IMG/VR virus record: IMGVR_UViG_3300032270_000543
Span: 85,887-149,886 of that record
Source of the DNA: a virus
Taxonomy: Duplodnaviria; Caudoviricetes
Strand: one strand, 5' to 3'
DNA length: 64,000 nucleotides
Positions 6,801-15,179 of the stretch are shown one piece after another (the first letter of the stretch is position 1; the number at the start of each line of letters is the position of its first letter). Made by a program: the position numbers and the translations under genes. The notes below the pieces were generated by a model that saw nothing but the letters and a program-made list of their open reading frames with translations, did no database searches and had not been told where the DNA came from.

Positions 6801-7571
6801 TTAAGCAAGCACCCAACCGTCAGCGAGGAGCGCGTTCCAAGTACTACGCGCTTCGTCCTTCGTGTAGATGTCATCCACATAGGACTGATCTTCGGAATCA
6901 AGAGCGATACGACCGTCTGCCGTGGTCTGCATCGTGATGATCAGCCCGTTCTTCACGAAAGTCCACACGGTGGGCTTGAACGGAGCCGCAGCAGGAGCAG
7001 CGGGAGCCGCCGCACCGCCAAAGTCTTCGGTGAAGAAATACACGCCCGTAGCGGTGTGCGTGGGGTCGCTCTTCAGCACACCGTGGAACGAGAACACCCA
7101 CTGCTTCTTTAGCATTTCATCAAAGCGGTGCTGCGTGAGGTTGGTGGCATTGTAGTACCACCGCTTGTCATCGCTGCTCCACAGCGCACCCGCGCTCTTC
7201 GCAAAGTCCTTGTCCGCGAACGGCACGGCAAGGTACACGCGGAACGGGTACGCGAGGTTGATGTCCGCGACCGTCATGGCGTTCGGATTGAACACGGGAG
7301 CCTTGCGCTCACCGCGAATCATTTCGTACTGATTGAGCCAATTCACGGTGTCCGCAGTCAGGCGGTTCTGCGGCATCCACCACTTGATCGTGCCCTTGGA
7401 CGCGGGGCAGAAACGCGCACCGCGACCCTTGGCTTCGGAGCGGATAGCAGTGCTGCCCTTCTTGCGGAACGGAATGTCAATCCACAGACCGTAGGGAACT
7501 GCGGACGGATTCAGCGTGTACGGCTTGTAGGTCATGGGCGAACGGGTGGAGCGGTTCATGGTGGTGGTCAT
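6801..7571 (-). CDS. DUF5710-like tandem-domain protein with C-terminal ARxxWxxLxxxGW motif
   Basis: YLAVPFADKDFAKSAGALWSSDDKRWYY plus a related N-terminal copy; strongly biased codon usage. Confidence 0.7.
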   Translation of the reverse strand: MTTTMNRSTRSPMTYKPYTLNPSAVPYGLWIDIPFRKKGSTAIRSEAKGRGARFCPASKGTIKWWMPQNRLTADTVNWLNQYEMIRGERKAPVFNPNAMTVADINLAYPFRVYLAVPFADKDFAKSAGALWSSDDKRWYYNATNLTQHRFDEMLKKQWVFSFHGVLKSDPTHTATGVYFFTEDFGGAAAPAAPAAAPFKPTVWTFVKNGLIITMQTTADGRIALDSEDQSYVDDIYTKDEARSTWNALLADGWVLA

Positions 7572-7590
7572 TTGAGTAGTTTCCTCTATG

Positions 7591-7980
7591 TTAGGCAGCG
7601 CGGTTCTTTGCTGTCTTCTTCACGGGCTTCTTCGTGGTCTTCGGTGCAATGCCAAGGAACTTCTGCACCCACTTCACCCACTTCGTAGTATCCTCTTCGG
7701 GAAGACCGTTGTAGCAGTAGCGAGTCTTTCCCTTGGGGCTGACGAGAACCCAAGTATTTTCAGCGGCGTAGCAGTTGTCTACCGCATCGGTGAATTCAAT
7801 CATGTACGCGCCCACGGGCAGTTCCACGGTGTCGCCGTGGTCTGCTGCATCGCGCAGCATGGTGCGGAGTTCCTTGTCCTTGCGGACATCGTACAGGTAC
7901 GGATTCACGCGCTGCTTCGGCTTCGCAGCAAGAGCGCGGGTGCGAACGGTTTCGGGGAGGTTGTTGAAGAGATTCTTCAT
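7591..7980 (-). CDS. early hypothetical protein (leaderless; MKNLFNNLPE)
   Basis: TATAAT (7992-7987) 6 nt before the ATG. Confidence 0.7.
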   Translation of the reverse strand: MKNLFNNLPETVRTRALAAKPKQRVNPYLYDVRKDKELRTMLRDAADHGDTVELPVGAYMIEFTDAVDNCYAAENTWVLVSPKGKTRYCYNGLPEEDTTKWVKWVQKFLGIAPKTTKKPVKKTAKNRAA

Positions 7981-8102
7981 GCCCCCATTATAAGGGAACG
8001 GCAGGAGCGGCACAAGAGGGTAGGCAAATATGGTCCGATAACTAAACACAAAAACCCCTGTAAAAACAGGGGTTCTGTGCAGGGTGCGAAATATGCAATA
8101 TT

Positions 8103-8699
8103 TTAGGCTGATTCGTGCAGCATGGAGCCGCGCTGCACCGACAGCACGGACTCTTCACCGAATGATCGCCACTCGCCCTTTTCCAAATCAAAGGCTACGA
8201 TCAGATGCGCTGCCTTCGTCTTGCCGCTGCCCTTCGGGTGCTTGTCCTCGGGGATCGCTTCCAAGTTACGAGTGCAGTGCATGACGCGCTCGGTGCCGTC
8301 CTTCTTCTTGAAGGTCACGGTAATGCTTTCGCCGTTCTTGAGGTATTGTTCGGTGATTTCTGCGAGATAGTTCTTGCGAGTGGTGGTCGTGGTGTCAGTC
8401 ATGGGAGTCTCCTGCTTGGGGTTGAACACTTCGGGGTAACGCTCTTGGATGCTGTAGTCCATCGGGAAATGCTTGCACACGCGCCGCGCCCGTTGACGGA
8501 TCTCCTTCGGTACTCGCGGAGTGGCGGACGGGTCAAGCAGGTCAAACAAAAATCTGCGGACGGCTTGTAGGCTTTGGACTTCTTCGTTTGGGAGGGTCAT
8601 GCGCTCTTCCTTTTCGCTTTGGGCTAATCGCTCTAGTGTGCGCTTGTGCAGTGCATTCACGCGCCGCATGGCAGCAAACAGTTCGTCATCAGAAATCAT
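8103..8699 (-). CDS. in-frame chain: short peptide + BPSL0761-like domain + WYL_2/DUF2693-like SH3-fold domain (internal starts at 8600 and 8402)
   Basis: MTLPNE..FL.DL..P..TPRVPKEIRQRA..KHFP and VTFKKKDGTERVMHCT...FDLEKGEWRSF motifs; SD-like sites before the internal ATGs. Confidence 0.7.
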   Translation of the reverse strand: MISDDELFAAMRRVNALHKRTLERLAQSEKEERMTLPNEEVQSLQAVRRFLFDLLDPSATPRVPKEIRQRARRVCKHFPMDYSIQERYPEVFNPKQETPMTDTTTTTRKNYLAEITEQYLKNGESITVTFKKKDGTERVMHCTRNLEAIPEDKHPKGSGKTKAAHLIVAFDLEKGEWRSFGEESVLSVQRGSMLHESA

Positions 8700-9126
8700 G
8701 GTCTTCCACCTTGTACGGCTCCATTACATCGGGATCGGCACAACGGGGACAGCGCGTGTACAGCCAATACCCACCGATGCGACCGTGCAGCGAACCAGGC
8801 GCACCACACGCTTCACAGGTATTTGCGGTTTCGCGCTCGGCTTCCACGATCCACTGAAAAATCTGATCGTCTGCGCCGCACACATAGAACCGCAGCGTTC
8901 CGAACTTCTCCTTGATCTGATCAATCTGAAATCCGTAATCGGGATCGCGGAATCCTGCGGCGTACTTTTCTGCAAGATGCGCTTCAATCTTTTGCAGCAG
9001 CCGCTCAATAATGCCGTTCCATCCGCTGCTGTGTTGAATGCCAAACCCCATGCAAGAGCCTGTGCGCTCAAAGCACAGTGGGAAACGGGTCTTCCAATTT
9101 TCGTATGTGGTGTCTTGATTGCTCAT
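8689..9126 (-). CDS. conserved phage hypothetical (QIKEKFGTLRFY type) with CxxC pairs
   Basis: motif recognition; GGAGG SD. Confidence 0.75.
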   Translation of the reverse strand: MSNQDTTYENWKTRFPLCFERTGSCMGFGIQHSSGWNGIIERLLQKIEAHLAEKYAAGFRDPDYGFQIDQIKEKFGTLRFYVCGADDQIFQWIVEAERETANTCEACGAPGSLHGRIGGYWLYTRCPRCADPDVMEPYKVEDHDF

Positions 9127-9129
9127 GGC

Positions 9130-9594
9130 TCATGCCTCCATTGCGTAGTTGTAGTTGGTGTATTCCGCGATGACAGGGGAAATTTTGTTTTCCGCCTTCA
9201 TCTGCTTGACGATTCTGTCCAACACCGTGGTAAAGGTTTCCGTGTTGGTTTCCTGCGTTTCGTGCTTGACGGCAAAACGAAACGCGATTCCGTGTACCGT
9301 GATTCGGTAGGTGAGCGAAATCCAATTCTTTGGATCAACAGCAGTGTAGTCCCAATCAAGGCGTTCCTTCCAATGCCGCCGCGCCTCTTCCACCGTGAGG
9401 AGATCACACACAGAGTTCTCACTGATGCGCTGAAGCGAATCGGGGCGTGACCCGTCAAAGCCCACCACGATCACTTTGCCGTTCCACGGAAAGTAGCCAA
9501 ACAGCCACGACCCACCGTGGCGGGACAGGTAGTGCTGCTTCGGGAACGGGTCTTCCGTTCGTGCATTACGGGTACTGCGGTCTATCGGAGTCAT
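9130..9594 (-). CDS. early hypothetical protein (leaderless)
   Basis: promoter 6 nt upstream; internal EEARRHW motif. Confidence 0.65.
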   Translation of the reverse strand: MTPIDRSTRNARTEDPFPKQHYLSRHGGSWLFGYFPWNGKVIVVGFDGSRPDSLQRISENSVCDLLTVEEARRHWKERLDWDYTAVDPKNWISLTYRITVHGIAFRFAVKHETQETNTETFTTVLDRIVKQMKAENKISPVIAEYTNYNYAMEA

Positions 9595-9600
9595 GCACAA

Positions 9601-9628
9601 AGTATAGCACACCTAATATGTGAATCAA
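9601..9628 (-). promoter_or_regulatory. sigma70-type promoter, leaderless start
   Basis: TTGATT-16nt-TATACT-TTGTGC-ATG. Confidence 0.8.
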
Positions 9629-9721
9629 GCACCCGCAATATTTGTTTGTTATACTTCGGGAAAAGAAAGAGAGGGCATTTCTGCCCTCCCGTTCGTAATT
9701 AAGTGATTAAGTGTGATTTAA

Positions 9722-9889
9722 TCACTTCACAAGACTGGTGACGGCATTCTCAAGAGCGTGCCACACAAACATCGCACCCTTGATCGCAAACGGAAGAATT
9801 GCGAAAAAGGCAACGAGGTGCAGGGGGTTCTTCCAGCAGAAGCAACCAGTAACGGGGCAAGTCTTGACCGTAGTGTTGTTAGTAGCCAT
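9722..9889 (-). CDS. small membrane protein (55 aa; MATNNTTVKTCPVTGCFCW)
   Basis: AAAAGGAG SD; hydrophobic segment; terminator-like hairpin downstream (~9661-9690). Confidence 0.6.
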   Translation of the reverse strand: MATNNTTVKTCPVTGCFCWKNPLHLVAFFAILPFAIKGAMFVWHALENAVTSLVK

Positions 9890-10006
9890 ATCAACATCTC
9901 CTTTTCATAAGCCCCCTCGGAATTGAGGGGGGTGCTATATCTAGCCTTTCATATATTGGATCGGGAGTATGAAGTATTCGGATCGTATTCTTCACGGGTT
10001 ATATTT

Positions 10007-10130
10007 AAAAGCGAAAGGGGAGCCTTGCGGCTCCCCTCTCTGACGGTCAACAGGTAGCGAAGTTCCCGCAACGCATGAGTAGCGTAATCCAGTTCGCACT
10101 GTCTACAGACTACTGCCCCGATGACTTAAC
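10007..10130 (-). ncRNA. candidate structured ncRNA (~120 nt)
   Basis: lies between CTAAATA (10137-10131) and a GCAA-loop terminator; no convincing ORF; rod-like pairings GTC/GAC, ACAG/CTGT, GCGAA/TTCGC, ACGC/GCGT. Confidence 0.5.
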
Positions 10131-10151
10131 TATTTAGTACGCGAGGAGTTA

Positions 10152-10691
10152 CTAACAGTTCCATTTTCGCAAAGATTTGTTGATACGCGAATCAGGGTCA
10201 CGCGCAGTCTCTGCGGAGGTGAGTTTAGCCTTCATGCCCTTCATTCGTGAGCAGAACGACTTGCGGCGTTTAGCCTTTTTTGAACCTGGCTTTAGTTTGC
10301 TTGGCTTTGTGGTTACCGCGGTTTGCAGTTTGGAGCCTGGATTCTCGCGGCGATAGGACGCAACACCCTTCTTATTCAAGCCGCCCTCGGGGTTCTTGCC
10401 TTCCTTGCGCTGCCACGCACCCACGGCTTCATTCACGGTGTCGCCCACCATATAGTTGCGGACGCTTGACACATAGTCCGCTGCCTTGGTGATCTTGGAC
10501 TGCACCCACGCCTCAATCTCGTCATCCTCGCCAAGCATCTTTAGGAGTTCCTGTGCGTTGGCAATCATGGACTTGAGTTCGCCCCGTGCCATTTCGCCTT
10601 CGTAATCGCCTTCCACCCCGCTGCTTGGAGCCTCTTCAAGGCGAGATACGGATTCGGTGAGTGATCGGTACGCTTGTGAGTTGAATCGCAT
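10152..10691 (-). CDS. modular internal-head-type protein with DUF6321-like C-terminal domain
   Basis: AWQRKEGKNPEGGLN...RRKSFCSRM...SRINKSLRKWNC; LTE/LEE/VNE putative cleavage sites; CTAAATA at 10741-10735. Confidence 0.75.
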   Translation of the reverse strand: MRFNSQAYRSLTESVSRLEEAPSSGVEGDYEGEMARGELKSMIANAQELLKMLGEDDEIEAWVQSKITKAADYVSSVRNYMVGDTVNEAVGAWQRKEGKNPEGGLNKKGVASYRRENPGSKLQTAVTTKPSKLKPGSKKAKRRKSFCSRMKGMKAKLTSAETARDPDSRINKSLRKWNC

Positions 10692-10762
10692 GGTGTGTTC
10701 CCCTAAAGAATAAGAGCGGCATTCCTGCCGCTCCTATTTAGGTTTCACCCGCTCCCCTGTAT

Positions 10763-11164
10763 TTATCGCGCAGCGGACAAACGCTCCCACAGCCGCCGCG
10801 CATCGCTCTTGGCTAACCGCACGGTGTTGTTCGCGTTGAATGTAATACTAATCCCCACCGTCAGGGTGTTGCTTGCCGCGTCATTACGGCTGAATTCCTT
10901 GACTTCAGGGTATATGTTCTTGAACAGCGTGGCGCGTTCGTATTCCGCCCGACACGCGGCGAAGGACAATTGTTTCAGCAGTGCGTTGCTGAAAACCATC
11001 TTATGCACCCATATAAACGGAAAGCCTGTAGTGCTGGGGCGTTGTGGTCGTGCCTCCACAAGCACATCAGGACACGCTGCGGAGTACACAAGAAAACCCC
11101 ACTCGCAGCCCTGTGCGTCCGTGATGCGGTGGATGGCGTATTGCTCCTGTGGTGGTGCGTTCAT
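10763..11164 (-). CDS. hypothetical protein with C-terminal ARRLWERL motif
   Basis: ATGA-coupled start. Confidence 0.6.
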   Translation of the reverse strand: MNAPPQEQYAIHRITDAQGCEWGFLVYSAACPDVLVEARPQRPSTTGFPFIWVHKMVFSNALLKQLSFAACRAEYERATLFKNIYPEVKEFSRNDAASNTLTVGISITFNANNTVRLAKSDARRLWERLSAAR

Positions 11165-11406
11165 TCGTCCTTGTCCTTGCCCCAACCGCGTGGCGCAGGA
11201 GGGTCGTATTCAGGGCGCGAAAAATCAGGAACGCGAATTCCTGTCACTGCAAGCAGTTCTTCCACCTCGCGCTGTAGATCGCGGCAATTGCGTTCGGCGC
11301 GTTGCAGATGGTACTCAAGCATTTCATTCCGAATACTCAACTCTTCGCATTGTGTACGCAAATCACCGATCTGCTTTGTAAGGCTGTCAAAATCGTCCTT
11401 GCTCAT
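11161..11406 (-). CDS. coiled-coil hypothetical protein
   Basis: GGAG SD; heptad pattern. Confidence 0.55.
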   Translation of the reverse strand: MSKDDFDSLTKQIGDLRTQCEELSIRNEMLEYHLQRAERNCRDLQREVEELLAVTGIRVPDFSRPEYDPPAPRGWGKDKDE

Positions 11407-11407
11407 T

Positions 11408-11626
11408 TCACTCTCCATCCGTTGTACGAAAAAATGAGTTCTGTGTGTTTGCTTCGTGGCGTTCGCGTCCCCGTTCGATTTCACGAATAAGCGATTCAAT
11501 GCAATTGGCTGCCAGTTCATCCCCACGCTTGCGGCAGGTGTGTGCCACCTTCGTGGCATTGGCAATCTTCTTCAGAATTCGAATCTCTTCCGTCAGGGTC
11601 TTGTGTTCGTGGTGCAGGTGTTCCAT
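11408..11626 (-). CDS. hypothetical protein
   Basis: TAATG overlap with the upstream gene. Confidence 0.55.
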   Translation of the reverse strand: MEHLHHEHKTLTEEIRILKKIANATKVAHTCRKRGDELAANCIESLIREIERGRERHEANTQNSFFRTTDGE

Positions 11627-11835
11627 TACTCGCTGCCTTTCGTAAAGTCCACGCCCTTTAGTTCATTTGTCTCAAGAGCGTAGCGCATTGCGCGTTCGTG
11701 CAGTTCAGGATTTGTTTCTTTAATGTAGTTTGTGTACACCAAACCAAAATACATCATGGAGTACAATTCTTTGTTTTCGAGATCGGTTTCGGCAGCGATC
11801 TGTGCCTTCAGCGTTTCCTCAAGTTCCTTGTCCAT
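11626..11835 (-). CDS. hypothetical protein
   Basis: AAGGAG SD before MDKELEE. Confidence 0.6.
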   Translation of the reverse strand: MDKELEETLKAQIAAETDLENKELYSMMYFGLVYTNYIKETNPELHERAMRYALETNELKGVDFTKGSE

Positions 11836-11945
11836 TGCGAATCTCCTTTTTGCGAATGCCAAACCAATAAATGAGTGCGCCGATGCCCAAGCCAAAAATC
11901 ACACCAATCAGGAAGTTGCTGTTTCGTGCCACGGCTTCAGCCCTT

Positions 11946-12335
11946 TCACGCGCGTGTCTTCACCAGAGCAAACGACCGCTTGCACAGCGGATCAAGCATT
12001 TCGGTGGGCAAGCCCAGTGCGTGTGCAGCGTTCTCGCGGGACAGCCACTGCGCCTCCACCACCACTTCTTTCGCGCCGATGCACGGGAACGCGCCAATCT
12101 GCCGCACCAAGTACGCAGGGGCTTCGGTGTTGTCAGGGTTCACGAACGAATCAGTGGACACGAAAGGTCCGCCTTCGAAATCAATCATGCCCTCGCCGCC
12201 CCGCACATAGCGGCTCTCGCCCTCAATGATGTACGCGCGAGTGCCGTCACTCTGCACCCCAAGCGGGGACAGCGAACGCGCCTCGCCGTAGCGAGAGGTG
12301 AATGCGTAAGCGTTTGGTGTGGTATTACTGTTCAC
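11946..12335 (-). CDS. hypothetical protein (IDFEGGPF motif)
   Basis: GAGGAG SD, GTG start; paralog-like to 894..1244. Confidence 0.6.
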   Translation of the reverse strand: MNSNTTPNAYAFTSRYGEARSLSPLGVQSDGTRAYIIEGESRYVRGGEGMIDFEGGPFVSTDSFVNPDNTEAPAYLVRQIGAFPCIGAKEVVVEAQWLSRENAAHALGLPTEMLDPLCKRSFALVKTRA

Positions 12336-12480
12336 GGGAAGACTCCTCATCGCTAAACAGGACACGCCCACTTGCGTGTAGCAGTGCATCAACTGCAAGA
12401 ATCAGGATGCACAGTGCGGACAGCAGTGCCAACACGGGAACGCAGTAGTGAAACAGGAACAGTAGAATGGTGTCAGTCAT
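12325..12480 (-). CDS. small membrane protein (leaderless)
   Basis: long hydrophobic stretch; promoter TTGTGT-16nt-TATACT at 12514-12487. Confidence 0.55.
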   Translation of the reverse strand: MTDTILLFLFHYCVPVLALLSALCILILAVDALLHASGRVLFSDEESSREQ

Positions 12481-12663
12481 GCCCACAGTATAGCACAGCC
12501 GTGCGCCCACACAAGCCCTGCACCCGCCCCTTCAGTATTTTATTTGCTGCGGTCGCGGATCGCGCACCACACGCCCCACACAATCAGCCCCGCGCCGCCC
12601 ATTGCCAGCGCACTCAAAAATGCCATGACACTCAAATAATCCCATGCCGATGCTGTAATCATG

Positions 12664-13338
12664 TTATTTGCCTCCTGCCAGCGCAATGAGTTTTTTAAGT
12701 ATGGCGGCATCGTCCCCGCCGAATTCGTCGTGGCGACAGAACGCCGCGCCCTTCAGGGGCAGACTGTCCACGGAAATGATTTCACGCTGATACGAGAACA
12801 CCCCCGCCAGTCGCGGCGTGTTTTCGTATGCGGTGTCGGGATTCATAAAAAAGCCCCCACGGTTCTGGTTCAGGTCGCACACGAAAATCATGTGGTACGC
12901 ACCAGGGTTGCGGCGGTAGAACGCACCACCGAAATCCCGCAACAAGCGTGGCATGATGCCTGTGTCCACTGTCCATGAATTGATCCGCCCCTTGTGGGGG
13001 CTGTACCGCCCACCGCCCACCCAGCCCCACTCGGTGCCGTCCTGTGGAAATGACGGAATCAACTTTTTTGCAACCGCCGCAGGAATGTCGTTAATGATGC
13101 GGTACGCCCGCGTGTACTTTTTGGGAACTGTCAGGTAGTCCGTGTACCACCCACTGTCCCGTGCAGTCAGCACTTCGTCTACCAGCGCGTTCAGGCGGTC
13201 ATCCTTGCCCCCAAAGTAGTGCTTCTGAAACGCATCCCATGCCGCTGCCTCTTCGGGTGTGTTCCGTTCAGGGGGCTTCGGCGCGTCTGTGCGGTGGGGG
13301 GCAAAGATGATCTGCCCGTAGTCAGGTACTTTAGCCAT
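12664..13338 (-). CDS. putative ADP-ribosyltransferase-fold protein
   Basis: R-S-E-type motif order AYRII...INSWT...YQREII; CTACATA motif just upstream of ATG 13338. Confidence 0.5.
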   Translation of the reverse strand: MAKVPDYGQIIFAPHRTDAPKPPERNTPEEAAAWDAFQKHYFGGKDDRLNALVDEVLTARDSGWYTDYLTVPKKYTRAYRIINDIPAAVAKKLIPSFPQDGTEWGWVGGGRYSPHKGRINSWTVDTGIMPRLLRDFGGAFYRRNPGAYHMIFVCDLNQNRGGFFMNPDTAYENTPRLAGVFSYQREIISVDSLPLKGAAFCRHDEFGGDDAAILKKLIALAGGK

Positions 13339-13389
13339 ACAGGTATGTAGAGTGCGCGGGGGAGGCTCCACAGGGGAGGTGGGGCGGCT

Positions 13390-13440
13390 CCAATATTTGA
13401 AAAGTGTGGTGGAGGCGTATGGGAACCCAATATTTGAAAA
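13390..13440. repeat. 14-bp direct repeat CCAATATTTGAAAA x2 in a non-coding, G-skewed gap
   Basis: 13390-13403 and 13427-13440, each followed by GTGTGG/GGAGG-like sequence. Confidence 0.8.
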
Positions 13441-13639
13441 CTGTGTGGGGAGGGAGTCCCACGGTGATTTTTTGAAATCCGTTTTGTGGATTTTGGTCGG
13501 AGGTGCTAACGCGCCCACTAAACCCCCACACCGATTGCCCAGCACTGTTGTCCGAGTGTAAATGAAAAAGCCCCTGTCCGTGCGTAGGCGGACAGGGGCG
13601 TTGTAGCGATGCACGGGACGAATCCCACACGGCTACGAT

Positions 13640-13960
13640 TTATTTAGTACTGACAGGCGCACCAATGCTGCCACGCGCAATCTCTACCCATCCCTCTGAC
13701 AGCAGTTCACTCCACACACGCCGCGCGTTGTCAGTGAACAGTGAAATATGCCAGTCGCGCTCTAGTGCGTAGTTCCCACCGTCCACATACACAGGCTTGT
13801 CGTCTGTGCTGGTGGCAGTGAGCCACACGAATGCGAACGCACCAGTGGGATCGTAGTTGAAAGTCACAGTGGTGCGCCCTTGGCTGTACGGCTGCATGAG
13901 GGTGACGGAGCGATGGCAGCGGTGTTGGTGTACGGTGTTGCGGAATTCGTGAGTTCGCAT
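13640..13960 (-). CDS. hypothetical protein with ARRVWSELLSEGW motif
   Basis: starts right after tRNA-Leu; motif shared with other early ORFs. Confidence 0.65.
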   Translation of the reverse strand: MRTHEFRNTVHQHRCHRSVTLMQPYSQGRTTVTFNYDPTGAFAFVWLTATSTDDKPVYVDGGNYALERDWHISLFTDNARRVWSELLSEGWVEIARGSIGAPVSTK

Positions 13961-13972
13961 GGTGTTCTCTAA

Positions 13973-14045
13973 TAGCACTGGTGGGAGTCGAACCCACACT
14001 AGTTCGATTTTGAGTCGAATGCCTCTGCCATTGGGCTACAGTGCC
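13973..14045 (-). tRNA. tRNA-Leu(CAA), short variable loop
   Basis: cloverleaf GGCACTG/CAGTGCT, anticodon arm TTCGA-CTCAAAA-TCGAA, T-loop TTCGACT; CCA not encoded. Confidence 0.92.
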
Positions 14046-14058
14046 GATTTTTTAGTGA

Positions 14059-14223
14059 TTAGCGGCGGTCATCGTCACCATCGTCCTCGTCTTCCCACTC
14101 GTCATCGTCGGTGGGGCGACGAATTTCACGCGGATCAGCGTCCGAGCGAATGGAATTTGCGAATTCATCCCAGTCAATGGTGTCGTCACGGAGGTCGGCT
14201 TCAAGCAGGGCGAGGCGGGGCAT
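14059..14223 (-). CDS. small acidic protein (54 aa)
   Basis: AAGGA SD; D/E-rich C-terminus. Confidence 0.5.
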   Translation of the reverse strand: MPRLALLEADLRDDTIDWDEFANSIRSDADPREIRRPTDDDEWEDEDDGDDDRR

Positions 14224-14235
14224 GATTTTTTCCTT

Positions 14236-14439
14236 TTAGCGAGTGGTGCGGAGCGCGTAAGCGTTCGAACCGTTGGGAGTAATGCGAAAAAGCGTGGTGG
14301 AGCCGTTGCGGAAGGTCACAATCAGGTCGGTGCCGTACACAACCGCGTTCACAGCGTCCTTGCACACGGTGCAGAGGGGCGAATTCCAGCCCTTGCGCCA
14401 CAGTTGAACACGACCAGAGGTGATTGTTGCGTAGTTCAT
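14236..14439 (-). CDS. small beta-rich hypothetical protein
   Basis: biased codon usage; located between the two tRNAs. Confidence 0.6.
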   Translation of the reverse strand: MNYATITSGRVQLWRKGWNSPLCTVCKDAVNAVVYGTDLIVTFRNGSTTLFRITPNGSNAYALRTTR

Positions 14440-14450
14440 GGTGATGGGAG

Positions 14451-14524
14451 CGTCCCTGAGTGGATTCGAACCACTGACTTATTGCTTAGAAGGCAATTAC
14501 TCTATCCAACTGAGTTACAGGGAC
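14451..14524 (-). tRNA. tRNA-Arg(TCT)
   Basis: canonical cloverleaf GTCCCTG/CAGGGAC, anticodon loop CTTCTAA, GGTTCGAATCC. Confidence 0.97.
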
Positions 14525-14530
14525 GAGTTT

Positions 14531-14761
14531 TTACGAGTTCCAGGTGTCCGTGCCGTTCGTGGGATCAACAAATTCGTGCCCACCAAGCGAATAATCGGGT
14601 TCAGTGGTGCGCGTGGCGTTCGGCAGGTAGCCCGTGTTGTACAGCAGAGCAGTGAGTCGCGCCTCAAGTTCACGATTCTTGTGCTTCAGTGCGGTATTTT
14701 CTTCGGTCAGACCCTTGATGCGAGACTGCATGATGCGCGTAGTGATGTTGGTGTGTGCCAT
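14531..14761 (-). CDS. small coiled-coil protein
   Basis: AAGGA SD; heptad repeat. Confidence 0.65.
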   Translation of the reverse strand: MAHTNITTRIMQSRIKGLTEENTALKHKNRELEARLTALLYNTGYLPNATRTTEPDYSLGGHEFVDPTNGTDTWNS

Positions 14762-14781
14762 TTGAGCGATTTCCTTGTGTG

Positions 14782-15159
14782 TTAGGCGTTGGTGGTGACG
14801 AACTGGGGCTGCGCGGGCGTCGGCGCAGGGGCAGAACCCGCTGCGCGACCCTTCTGATTGGGCGAACCAGGCTTGCGACCGCGCTTGTTGTTGTTCACAG
14901 TGAGCGTGTTCACATCCGCAGCGAGTTCAGGGATGAGGTAATTGCCACGACCAGCGCGGCGAGCCTTCGTAGCGGCGATCCACGCGGGAACCGCGATGTA
15001 CGGCGAGGTCTGGAGCAGGGTCACCAAGTCCTTGCGGGACACCGTGCAGGTGTCGTACACGGTCAGTGCAGCGCGATTTGCCTGAAGAAACTTGATGAAT
15101 TCAATCTGACCAGGCGTGTAAGAGGCGAGGAGGGGGAGCGTGTTGTTCGTAGTAGTCAT
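14782..15159 (-). CDS. stand-alone paralog of the AAA+ ATPase N-terminal domain, with AT-hook-like KRGRKP
   Basis: AVPAWI...RAGRGNYLIPELAAD...KRGRKPGS vs AVPAWC...KCGRGVYALPELFAD...KRGRPAGS. Confidence 0.7.
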   Translation of the reverse strand: MTTTNNTLPLLASYTPGQIEFIKFLQANRAALTVYDTCTVSRKDLVTLLQTSPYIAVPAWIAATKARRAGRGNYLIPELAADVNTLTVNNNKRGRKPGSPNQKGRAAGSAPAPTPAQPQFVTTNA

Positions 15160-15179
15160 TGAAGGCATTTCCTTTTGTG

